Assembly: GCF_001194135.2 (NCBI RefSeq)
Contig: NC_068997.1
Span: forward strand, 42,062,510-42,104,773
DNA: 42,264 nt
DNA from: Octopus bimaculoides
Lineage: Eukaryota
Reading direction: 5' to 3'
Numbering within the stretch: position 1 is the first letter of the stretch; each line of letters opens with the position of its first letter. The notes under the pieces are model-generated. The model was not told the origin of the DNA, did not search any database, and saw nothing but the letters and a program-made list of their open reading frames with translations. The translations under genes were made by a program, and so were the position numbers. Positions 24,124 to 34,722 of the stretch are shown here, in pieces.

Positions 24124-24548
24124 TATGCACACGGCAAACTTCGTGAAGCTTTATTAGGATTAGTATTTATACACACGACAAGCATCGTGAAGTTCAGAAA
24201 GTGCTATCGTTTATACACACGACAAACATCGTGAAGTTCAGAAAGTGCTATTGGTTATACACACGACAAGCTTTGTGAAGTCCAGTGAGTGTTATAGATT
24301 ATATACAAGGCCGACTCAAGGTATAGGAGGTGCCAAGGAGGGAGTGACAAAAACAAGGAAATTTCCGTGAGCGTCAGCTTGTATACACCGAAGTTCAGCT
24401 TGCCCGGGCGCCAGCAACCCAAGGGCCGCCCCTGGTTTTATATACATGACAGACATCATGAACTCGGGTAAGGGTTACTAGCTCTACACATGACGGACTT
24501 CGTGAAATCCAGTAAGGCTTGGTATTTGCTATACACACGACAGGTTTC
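24124..24548. repeat. 44-bp minisatellite (about 8 units) split by a 130-bp GC-rich insertion
   Basis: Units begin at 24124, 24168, 24212, 24256, 24300, 24439, 24483 and 24530; typical unit TATACACACGACAAGCATCGTGAAGTTCAGAAAGTGCTATCGTT. Confidence 0.9.
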
Positions 24549-25689
24549 TACACAGTTTCATCTTCCAAATTCTACTTTCTCGGTTTTGGTCAAAGCATTC
24601 CTTGATACATGCATTAATTTAAAACAAATTCAGATGCTGTAACGACGATGACGTCAAAATGTCATGATGCAGCGAAGAAATGATTAAGAAACAATATTTG
24701 CTTTGATTATTAAAATGGCCATTTATTAAGTTGATTATAATATTAGTTGTTACAATATAAAATTAATGACGTCGTTGCGTCGTTGTGTGTACACAAGTTA
24801 TTTGTTGGTTGCAGTAAAATATTTTCTGTGCAGCCATGGTTCATTGTGTATGTTAGTAGTTTCTCTGAGTAGAAAAACATAGTAATAGTTGTCTTTATAA
24901 TGAGAGAAAGTGATAATTCTCTTTTTGCGCGTCACTCTTTGACTAAAGATCAGTCGATGCTCTTAGTTTGGTGTCACACTTATCAAAGAAGTGGACTTAA
25001 TATTTGGCGGTAAATTCATAATTTTGGTATTTAAAGTAGGTCAACTTAGATCAATAGATTTTTTCCAGTATTATCAGGGTTAACCACAGAATTCCCTGAG
25101 AAAGATCAGGGGGTCGACTTATTCACATTAATTTTTTAGTGCAGAGACGAGAAAACAATAGATTTAATAATTGCTTGACAATGTTGAGAAATGTGAATTT
25201 GGTTTCGAATCTTCGCTTAGTTATTCTGTAGCTGCTCGCTACAATGCGATAGTCATAGCTGAAACCTTTTAGATTATAGATCTACTAAGTTAGGACAGAG
25301 CTTGGATTAAACAACACAGATGACAATGACAACTAAAATATGCACACAGTACCATATATTCGATTATTATCGATTTCATTGATCTCCCAGTCATAGCCTT
25401 TGTACAGCCAAGGAAGGTACAGTGGGCGCATGGGTGCAGGAAATTTTTGTACCCGATTCTGGGTATTTCCTGGAATTTCAGAGAATGTGGAAGGCAAGCT
25501 TATAGCACATGCGTCAGCAGTGATACGTGGCAAGTTTTTAGCTGACATTCGATGGACTTTGAAAGGAAATCTTTTTTTTTCAATATCATGTTATAAACAT
25601 CTAATCTAAAAGCATTTACTTAAAACCAAAATGCATTTGACATACCAGTAACAGAGTTATTACACAAATTAGAATGTTAACACAGCCAT

Positions 25690-26390
25690 CGATCGTCACC
25701 ACCATCACAACCACCACCACAACAACCACCACCACAACAACCACCACCACAACAACCACCACCACAACAACCACCACCATAACAACCACCACCACAACAA
25801 CCACCACCACAACCACCACCACCATNNNNNNNNNNNNNNNNNNNNNNNNNNNNNNNNNNNNNNNNNNNNNNNNNNNNNNNNNNNNNNNNNNNNNNNNNNN
25901 NNNNNNNNNNNNNNNNNNNNNNNNNNNNNNNNNNNNNNNNNNNNNNNNNNNNNNNNNNNNNNNNNNNNNNNNNNNNNNNNNNNNNNNNNNNNNNNNNNNN
26001 NNNCACCACAACAACCACCACCACAACAACCACCACCACAACAACCACCACCATAACAACCACTACCACAACACTCACCACCACAACAACCATCGCTATC
26101 ATCACTACCATACCACCATCCTATTACCACAACCGCTACCATCACCATTAATACTTCACTACCACCACTACCACAACCACAACCACCTCCACAATCACCA
26201 TCACAACCACTACCACAACAATAACTACCGCTATCACCACACCACCATCACCACTACCACAACCACCACCACCACCATTGCAACCACCATCATTACCAAA
26301 CTACTATCACCACCATCACTACTACTACAACCATCACTACCACTACCACAACCACTACTGCCACCGTTACCACTCTACTACTACCACTGG
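25690..26390. repeat. (CACCACAAC/CAC/CAT)n low-complexity tract spanning gap 25826-26003
   Basis: Directly visible. Confidence 0.92.
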
Positions 26391-26578
26391 TACGCATACC
26401 CATTTGCTAAACTACTACGCTTAACCCTTTATCAACGGTTGTATTCACTATCCTATTGTTAGGGACAAACCGAAATCTTCTCACTATATCAATCCAAAAT
26501 TATGAGAGCACTGGTTTGAATGCATCCATGTTTAATATACGTTTCTTTTGTTTTCCCTGCTTATACCTAAATCCGGCA

Positions 26579-26643
26579 ATACATACATACATACATACAT
26601 ACATACATACATACATACATACATACATACATACATACATACA
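26579..26643. repeat. Perfect (ATAC)n microsatellite abutting the LINE 5' truncation point
   Basis: Directly visible. Confidence 0.97.
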
Positions 26644-28467
26644 TTGTGAGTCGAACAATATTGTGACTGGTGAATAGGCTTGTGGAAAGATGGGAGAATG
26701 GGGAAGTGCCGAACAACTTTTAATAAACAAAGCCGTACTATCTGAAGTAAGAAAACAACGTAGAAATCTTGTGATAGTATGGCTTGACTATAAGAAGGCA
26801 TTCGACTCTATCCTTCATTCATGGTTGTTGAAGTGCCTACATCTGGCAAAAGTACCTATTACCCTAATTGCTGCTATAGAGAGACTCACAAAGACATGGA
26901 CAACAATTCTTACCCTTACAACTGAGAACAGAATAATTGTTTCTGATAGTATAAGCATTTCGAAGGGAATATTCCAGGGAGATAATCTTTCTGTGCTTCT
27001 TTTCATTTTGACACTGAATCCATTATCGTTCCTACTGCAGAAAACAAATGGTTACATACTAGGATCTTCAACTGCTGGAAATATCCATGTAACTCATAAT
27101 TTCTTTCTAGACGACCTGAAGATTTATGCTAAAAGTGCTATCAATACTAAAAAACAACTGGAATTAATAACATTTTCAGCTGATATAGGCATGGAATTTG
27201 GCCAACGGTCTCTCTATCTCCCCCATTCCACACAAAGAATGTTACAAGTACCTAGGCATAGACGAAAATGTATCATATGAAGACACTGTGAATAAAGACA
27301 GAGTGACCTGAGAATATCAAAACAAAACAAAATCCCACAATACATTTGCAGTACCAGTGCTGATACCAACATTTGGAATACTTAATTGGTCTGTAGATGA
27401 AATCCTCTCCATAGATATCAAAACCCGCAAAATCCTGACAACAACTGGGAACTTCCACAGAAACAGAGATGAAGAAGAAATGAAGGTGGAAGAGGCCTGA
27501 CACCAGTACAGACGGCCTTCGAATCCCGTATGGGATAAATGCAGTGCTGAAAAGTGAAGTGAGCAACATTGTACGAGCTGGCAGTGAGCTCCTCAAGAAG
27601 CACTCTTTTCTTGATGATATCCTATACAGCCCCAAAAGAGCCGGACTCTCTTACCTCGGAGAAGACCTGGATGGAAAGCTTTCAGCATACAAAGAAGAAA
27701 AAAAGACTACGCATGGGTATGTTGCCCGGAAGCTTGAAAAAGACAGTAGAATTGACACGAAGTCCAGCCTCTCTTAGACACAACCCCATTACATCACACT
27801 TTGAAGGCTATGCGTTTGCAATCCAGGAACAGGAAATTGCTACAAAGTACCTGGTGAACAAGAGAGGCAGTTTCGCTCTTGTAATCCCAAGGTGTAACTC
27901 CATGTATAGGCTATGTCATGTCTGTGTGGAAGACATCACACATGTGATTTGCAGCTGTCCTAAATGCCGTCACGGTACTACCTCCTTATGCGACATGATG
28001 TTGTTGCTAAAACAATTTACAAAAAGACTATCTTGAAATAACTTAGAAAATCCCTCTGTTATGGAATACATTCAGAAACACCAACTCAAGGAATGCTGGT
28101 GGAATATTCCCATCAAAACTTGTCAAATGTAAACATAACAGGCCGAATATTGTTGTTTGGGACAGAGGGGCAAAGGTATGTACCATCACAGAGGTCAGCT
28201 GCAGATATGAATATCTCTTTGAAAATCAAAGAAAAAGAGGATATCTATAGACAACTGCTTCGAAACCTTCTATATCCAGACTATGAATTCATATTCATAC
28301 CAATAATAATTGGAGCACTAGGTTTTGTTAGTAAATGCTTAAAGGAGAATCTGGATAAACTGGGATTTTCAGAAAGAGAAATCGACCGGCTGATTCGTAC
28401 GTTACAAGTGCAATCTGTGAGTGGGACAATAAAAATATGCAAGACTTTTCTCAAGTTTCAAATGTGA
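26644..28467 (+). mobile_element. 5'-truncated R4/Dong-like non-LTR retrotransposon (RT + CCHC + RLE), pseudogenised
   Basis: [45 protein letters not shown] (RT); CHVCVEDITHVICSCP followed by RHD in another frame (zinc knuckle); KHNRPNIVVWD...EVSC and EKEDIY...IIIGALG (restriction-like endonuclease, PD changed to PN). Many frameshifts, stops and deletions. Confidence 0.88.
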
Positions 28468-28488
28468 ATTTGTTTGTGTTCTCGTACA

Positions 28489-28680
28489 TACAAGGTGCGT
28501 TCGGGAAGTATCCCACTTTATTTTTCCCGCCAAAACTATGTCGCGTGGGCAAAATCCTTTGGATGGAAGGTAACGCCACTCTTCCTGCGCTTGAGTGAAA
28601 ATTTTCGCGCCAGTAGGCCGCGTCAGTTTTCGGTTATTACGCCTAGAATACAGGCGTGTAGTCTAGGCGTATGACAAACA
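28489..28680. mobile_element. Possible Tc1/mariner-type terminal fragment
   Basis: TA-CAAGGTGCGTTCGGGAAGT resembles mariner TACGAGG.. ends; only a 10-bp inverted match (GCACCTCGTA, 29242-29251) lies downstream; 10-bp hairpin at 28638-28671. Confidence 0.33.
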
Positions 28681-29330
28681 GGTATTTCAATCACTCTCAG
28701 TGCTATTGATAACAAGTAACCAAGTACCTAAACCAACAACCCTGCTAACACTTCTTGGTAATGAAGGTGGTTTTCGTTGAACGCCCTGTAGGACGAAAAA
28801 GATCTTCTCAAAGGGCAAATGAACACAATAGAATCAACGGCCATTCGAATGATCTGGGAATGATAGGTTTCCCTCCCACGTCTTTATTTAGGAAAAGAAA
28901 AATTCAGATGTGACCCCTGCGACTTCTTTATATCCAGTGATGGAAAACGCATACGTAGTTTAGAAAGAGAGACTAACCCTGTGTAAGGCCTTTTTTCACT
29001 TTAAAAAACAGCTGCAGACACAAGCAACATTTGATTTATAACGTCTTTATTTTCAGTTGGATACTATGGTTGGCCGTAACCAAGAAAGGTAAAACACTCA
29101 ACGAAAAATTCCATGGTGAAATGAAGGCATATATCAGTGCGAGTGATAAGCTCTCTGAACACCTGATACAAGAGGAGCCCATCATTGCCGCATCCTTGGA
29201 AAAGAATGTAGGTACCTAGCAGAACTGAAAGCTATATCCGTGCACCTCGTATTTAAGCGGACGATCAAGTGATGACATGACCCGAAATTGGGTTGTAAAC
29301 ATCATATGTATGTGTGTGTGTGTGTGTGAT

Positions 29331-29480
29331 CTGAGTTCAAATTCAGCTGAGGTTGACTTCGCCTTTCTTCCTTTAGGGGTCGATAGAATAAGTACCAATT
29401 CAGCACTAGGGTTGATGCAATCGACTAGACCCCATCCTCAAAAAACTTCAGTCCTTGTGCCTATAACAGAAAGTATTATT
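29331..29480 (+). mobile_element. SINE family D, 5'-truncated
   Basis: CTGAGTTCAAATTCAGCTGAGGTTGACTTCGCCTTTCTTCCTTTAGGGGTCGATAGAATAAGTACC...CTTGTGCCTATAACAGAAAGTATTATT. Confidence 0.85.
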
Positions 29481-29852
29481 ACCTCCGCCTCAACGAAGGC
29501 GGAGGCATTGTTTTCAGTCGTGTTTGTTTGTTTGTCCGTAGACAAGATATCTCAAGAACCGCTGGGTGGATTCGGATGAAACCTTCAGGGATGTTCGGCC
29601 TCGTGACTGGTACGAACTGATTAGATTTGGGGATCGATCCGGTACCGGACAAGGATTCTGGATTACTTTTGCTGTTTTTTTTTTCTTTTACTTAATTTTT
29701 GAGAGCGGTTGGATTCATTTTTAATATTCTCGTTTGTGAAAACAGTCGAGTTTATTTCAGGTATTCTCACTTTAAAAATCACCCCTGGCTAATCTTTGAG
29801 AGGACGTTGGTGTTGCCTAGGCAGAGGTTTGCGCTCTCTGAGTGCTCTTGTT
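29476..29852 (+). mobile_element. Non-autonomous Helentron/DINE-1-like (HINE-type) element
   Basis: 5' subterminal hairpin CCTCCGCCT/AGGCGGAGG (29482-29505), GTTT/GTCY microsatellite, 3' subTIR GGCAGAGGT, hairpin GCGCTCTCTGAGTGC, T-rich end. Confidence 0.75.
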
Positions 29853-30414
29853 CTTATGATCATTCCAACGATAGCTTAACTGAGCGAGGCTTTGAAGTCA
29901 TTGTCAGTAACGTTCGTTCTTATATAGCAACAATACATTTGTACTCTACAAAAGTATAAAGTAACCCATGAGATTAAAGTAAAATTGCTTTAATTATAAC
30001 TGAACATAAACACACACACACACACACATATATCTATAAATAGATGCGATATTTTGTCACAACTCTTCATCTTCTAAGTTCGAGTCACCCATTTACTTTT
30101 CGGTTTTTAGCTGTTGTTTTATGGAGTCTTTGTCTCTTTTCGTCTCTAACATTATAGAATAAATGATGCTATAAACCCAAGGGTCCCTATAATATAGACA
30201 GATGCGTTTGACGCTAGCCAGATTTGAACTCAGAAGGTAAAAAACAAAGTGTACTCGGTGCAAGATAGTTAGGCGTTTTATCGTGACTACCATAAATTAT
30301 TTCATTAACGTAATAATTATAATTTTTAACAATTAATTACTTCTCAGTTTGAAATAATTAAAGATTTGGGTTGAATGTTGTCGGCTTAAAATATTGATTT
30401 GTTTTGACTTCGAG

Positions 30415-31085
30415 AAAAAATAACGACAGCGGCGTGATGATGGCTATGGTGGTGCTGATAACGGCGGCGATTGTTGTGATGGCGCTGAAGGCGGTCGTCG
30501 GGGTTGTGGTGGTGGTGGTTATTCTTGTCATTGTTCTTGTGGTGGTGGTTAATGGTGGCGGCGGCAGCAGAGGAAGCGGCGGTAGAGTTGGCGGCGGCAG
30601 AGGCAGAGGCGGCGACAGAGGCAGAGGTTGCAGCAGAGGCAGAAGTCACGGCAGAGGCGACGGCAGAGGTAGCGGCAGAGGCAGAGACGGCGGCAGAGGC
30701 AGAGACGGCGGCAGAGGCAGAGACGGCGGCAGAGGCAGAGACGGCGGCAGCGGCGGTGCTGCTGGTGCCGGTGGTGGTGCTGGTGGTGGTGGTGGTGGTG
30801 GTGATGATGATGATGAGGAGGAGGAGGAGGAGGAGGATAGTAGTTCTAATGGAGATGATCATGGTGATGATGGTGGAGTTGATGGGAGCAGCGATGTTGG
30901 TGATGTTGTAGTTGTGATGGTGATGGTAGTGGTGATTGTTTCGGTGGTAGTAGCGAGAGTAATAGTGATGATCGTAGTGGTGGTGTGTTGTGCTACTGAT
31001 GTGGTTGTGGTTGTGGTTGTGGTTGTGGGCTGGTGATGCTGACTATGATAGCGGCAGTCATTGCCGTTGTTGTTGTTGTTGTTGT
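30415..31085. repeat. GC-rich trinucleotide mosaic (GGC/GGT/GAT/GAG/GTT) with an 18-bp GGCAGAGGCAGAGACGGC repeat
   Basis: Directly visible; open in several frames, which is expected of simple repeats. Confidence 0.88.
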
Positions 31086-31289
31086 TGTTTAGCCACAGCC
31101 CGGTTGTCATCGAGTAAACCTGTGATCCATAACATTCCAGCTGTGACTGTCCCGTTGTTTTTCCGGGGCAGAGTACATCTACGACTACTCTACCTAATCT
31201 GTCCTTTCGTTTAAAGTGTAATTTAAAGGAGATTTGGTTTTTGTTTCTAGCAAGTTTAGCGACCATTTGGAGTTTCTCGACCATTTCTT

Positions 31290-31922
31290 ACCTTTGAACC
31301 CCATTGACTTCTATTTTCTTTGGGGTGGCCCTCAAAGCCATTCGATGTTTAAAAATCCTATATTTTCAGAATTAAGTATTATTTTAAAAGATTGTTAAAA
31401 TATTTTATGTATAGGCGCAGGAGTGGCTGTGTTGTAAGTAGCTTGCTTACCAGCCACATGGTTCCGGGTTCAGTCCCACTGCGTGGCACCCTGGGCAAGT
31501 GTCTTCTACTATAGCTTAGGGCCGACCAAAGCCTTGTGAGTGGATTTGGTAGACGGAAACTGAAAGAAGCCCCTCGTATATATGTATATGTATATATATA
31601 AGTGTGTGTGTGTTTGTGTGTCTGTCCCCCCAAAATCGCTTAACAACCAATGCTGGTGTGTTTACGTCTCCGTAACCTAGCGGTTCGGCAAAAGAGCCCG
31701 ATAGAATAAGTACTGGGCATCCAAAGAATAAATCCTGGGGTCGATTTGCTCGACTAAAGGCGGTGCTCCAGCATGGTCGCAATCAAATGACTGAAACAAA
31801 TAAAAGAGTAAAAGAGTAAAGAGTATTTTAGAATTATAACTAATTTATTGGAGATAAATTTCAACAACAAAATCTTATACGGAGCCCCACTAGCTACATG
31901 AGCCTCAGTTGAGAACCACTAA
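31290..31922. mobile_element. hAT-like MITE (same family as 19633-19846) interrupted by SINE B
   Basis: CCATTCGATGTTTAAAA...TTGTTAAAATATTTT | SINE | ...CAAAATCTTATACGG...AGTTGAGAACCACT, colinear with 19697-19846. Confidence 0.7.
31412..31824 (+). mobile_element. SINE family B, full length (tRNA-like head, internal microsatellite, (AAAAGAGT)n tail)
   Basis: GGCGCAGGAGTGGCTGTGTTG...GGGTTCAGTCCC head; (TA/TG) linker at 31575-31622; tail TAAAAGAGTAAAAGAGTAAAGAGT. Confidence 0.92.
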
Positions 31923-32040
31923 TCAGGATTTTATTTGTTTTGTCGTTTTTTTGTTTTTCCTTTTAGTTCTTTTTCGTATCCTATAAGAGCTGTGGTGGAG
32001 GTGATGATACAAATATGGTGATGAAATGTGAAGTCTCTGT

Positions 32041-32666
32041 TAGGATTGGCAGAATTGTTAGCGCGTCGGGAAGAAAAATGCATTGCTGCATTTACGCTCT
32101 AGGTTCAAATTCCGCCATGGTTAAGATCGCCTTTCAACCTTTTCGGAGTCGTTAAAAAAAAGTATCAATGAAGTATTGGATCGAAATGATCAATTGATCT
32201 CCACCATTAAAAATGCTAATCTTGTACCTATCAGAAACTGTTATTAGTATGGTTGCTAAGGCGACGAGCTGGCAGAATCGTTAGCACGCCGGGCATAACG
32301 CTTAGCGGCATTTTGTCCGTCTTTACGTTATGAGTTCAAATTCCGCCGAGGTCGACTTTGCCTTTCATCCTTTCGCCATCGATGAAATAAGTACCAGTTG
32401 AGCACTGGGGTCGATATGATCGACTAGTCTCCCTCCCTTAAATTTCTGGTCTTGTGCCTATTAATAGAAAGGGTTATTAGTACTGTTGTTAAGGTGACAA
32501 GCTGGCCAAAATGCTTAGCGGTATTTCTCCGGTTTTACGTTCTAAGTTCAAATAACACCGAAGTCAACTTTGCTTTTCATCCTTTCGGCGTCGGTAAAAT
32601 AAGTACTAGGGTCAGTGTAATCGACTAGACCCCTCAAAAAATTTCGGGCCTTGTGCCAATATTTGA

Positions 32667-32699
<33 letters not shown>

Positions 32700-32935
32700 C
32701 ATCATCATCATTATTGCTGTTAAGGCCACGAGCTGGCAGAATTGTTACTGCGTCGAACAAACTCCTTTACAATCTGAGTTCAAATTCAGCTGAGGTCTAC
32801 TTTGTCTTTCATCGATCGGTTGGGGGGGGGGCGTCAGTGAAATATGTACCAGTTGATTACTAGAGCCGATGTCATTGACTAACCCTTTCACTCTAAAATG
32901 ATTTGCCTTGTGTCAAAATTGAAAACATTCTTATT
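32041..32935 (+). mobile_element. Head-to-tail array of four SINE family D copies
   Basis: Copies begin at about 32041, 32258, 32491 and 32722; B box in copies 2-4 reads (G/A)AGTTCAAAT; (ATT)n-type tails. Confidence 0.9.
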
Positions 32936-32957
32936 GTTGTCACTGTTAGCATTCTTA

Positions 32958-33371
32958 TTATCATTGCCTCCGCCAAGGAAGGAGAATATGTTTTCATCGA
33001 TGTTGATTTGTCCGTCTGTCTGTCTGTGTGCAAAATAACTCAAAAAGTAGTGAACGGTATTTGATGAAACTTGCAGGAAAAGTTGATCATCACACAAGGA
33101 ACAGATGATAAAATTTTGGTAGTGATCCGGGAATTTTTATGGATTCTTGAAGGATTTTCCATTTGTTATATTTACTTTACATGAAGTATTACAATGTTAC
33201 GTTCTTTGATTATCTCCCTTGAAAACACTTACATCGTTTCCACGTAACCTATGGTGGCGTTGCTGTTTCCAAAGTTTTATTTTCGTTTCTCTATTAGTAA
33301 TTTTACTCGCATATCTATCTTAAAATGAGCTGCTTGGCGGAGGTCTGCGCTCTCCGGGTGCTTTTCTAGTT
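32958..33371 (+). mobile_element. Non-autonomous Helentron/DINE-1-like (HINE-type) element, second subfamily
   Basis: 5' CCTCCGCC, (GTCT)n, 3' GGCGGAGGT + GCGCTCTCCGGGTGC hairpin + TTTTCTAGTT. Confidence 0.8.
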
Positions 33372-33488
33372 ATTCTTGTTATTACTGTTGTTTTTATGGT
33401 TGTGGTGCTGCTGATGAGGATGATACTTATGTCGTTATCGTTGATATTATTACTGTTATGATCGTTATTATTGTAGTGGTTGCTATTC

Positions 33489-33521
<33 letters not shown>

Positions 33522-33530
33522 AGTTGTTGT

Positions 33531-33562
<32 letters not shown>

Positions 33563-33783
33563 TTGTTATTTAATCTCACATCAGCCATGGTCAAGTAAAT
33601 TATACCATGGCTTCCCTATCACTAGTCTCATATAGGCAATCTAGCACAATCAAAGGCTATACTTCGTTGATGAGATCTTATACGACAGAAATATGTTGAG
33701 AGTTGTCGCCCAGTACAAACTAAAATTGGATCAAATTAATAATAGTTATTCAGCTAATGTTTTCTTCTTGGTATTAATTAATG

Positions 33784-34234
33784 AATATCGGTTTCAAATT
33801 TTGGCATAAAGCCAGCAAGTTTAAGACAGGAGTAAGTCGATTAAACCTACACCAGTGCTCAACTGGTACTTATTTTATCGACCCGAAAGGATAAAAGACA
33901 AAGTCGACTTTGGCGGAATTTGAACTTAGAACGTAAAGACGGACGAAAAGCTGCTTGGACATTTTGTCCAGCGTGTTAACGATTCTGCCGGCTCGCCGCC
34001 TTCGTTAATTGATAAATATTGGTTTAAAATTTTGCCACAAGGCCAGCAATTTCGGGGGAGGAATTAAGTCGATTACATCGATGCCAGTGCTCAATTGGTA
34101 CTTATTTCATCGACCCCGAAAGCATGGAAATCTAAGTCGACTCTGGCGGCAGTTGAACACAGAACGTAGACACAGGTGAAATGTCGCTAGGTCATTTTGC
34201 CCAGCGTGTTAACGATTCTGCCAGTTCGGCACCT
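33784..34234 (-). mobile_element. Two head-to-tail SINE family D copies
   Basis: Two reverse-complement copies with a 233-bp period and an identical 22-bp head-plus-flank (33999-34020, 34232-34253). Confidence 0.9.
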
Positions 34235-34499
34235 TCGTTAATTGATAAATATTACAAATTAATTAGTTATTTTCTCTTACTATATACAGTATGATAGTCC
34301 TAATTATTGTCTTGTTAGCTGCTTGCAATTCAGCGTTAGTAGTCTTGCCATGGCCCTAGAGAAGGTAAACACTGTTGTACTAAAATAGCATTAATGAGAA
34401 TACTTGGAAGTTCGTCTCTAGTGGTTGCTTGGACTGATCAGGTGGATGCATCAATCATTAGATGCGTTGCATGTTTCACTAGCAAGGGATTCCTTGACG

Positions 34500-34688
34500 G
34501 CAATTTGTGTGTGTATATAGGTGAAAGGTGTTAGGGAGAGGAAATGAGAAAGAGAGAGTGGAAGAGAAAGGAAAAGAAAACGAGCGTCTACGAGAAGTGG
34601 GAGAATGTGTGAGCGTGCGCAAGCGTGTGTCTATGAGAATGTGCATGCGTCTTTGTAAGTGTATGTGCATGTGTGGCTGTGTGAGTAG

Positions 34689-34722
<34 letters not shown>

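Noticed and set aside
24124-24548. CRISPR-like appearance of the 44-bp array
   Set aside because: Eukaryotic context, no cas genes, the variable parts are related to each other, and the repeats are degenerate; it is a minisatellite
28489-29251. Complete mariner bounded by TACAAGGTGC and GCACCTCGTA
   Set aside because: The inverted match is only 10 bp with one mismatch and there is no transposase signal between; kept only as a low-confidence terminal fragment
30386-31036. Gly/Arg-rich and Ala/Glu-rich ORFs of 135-210 aa
   Set aside because: Trinucleotide mosaic open on both strands, with no splice or domain evidence
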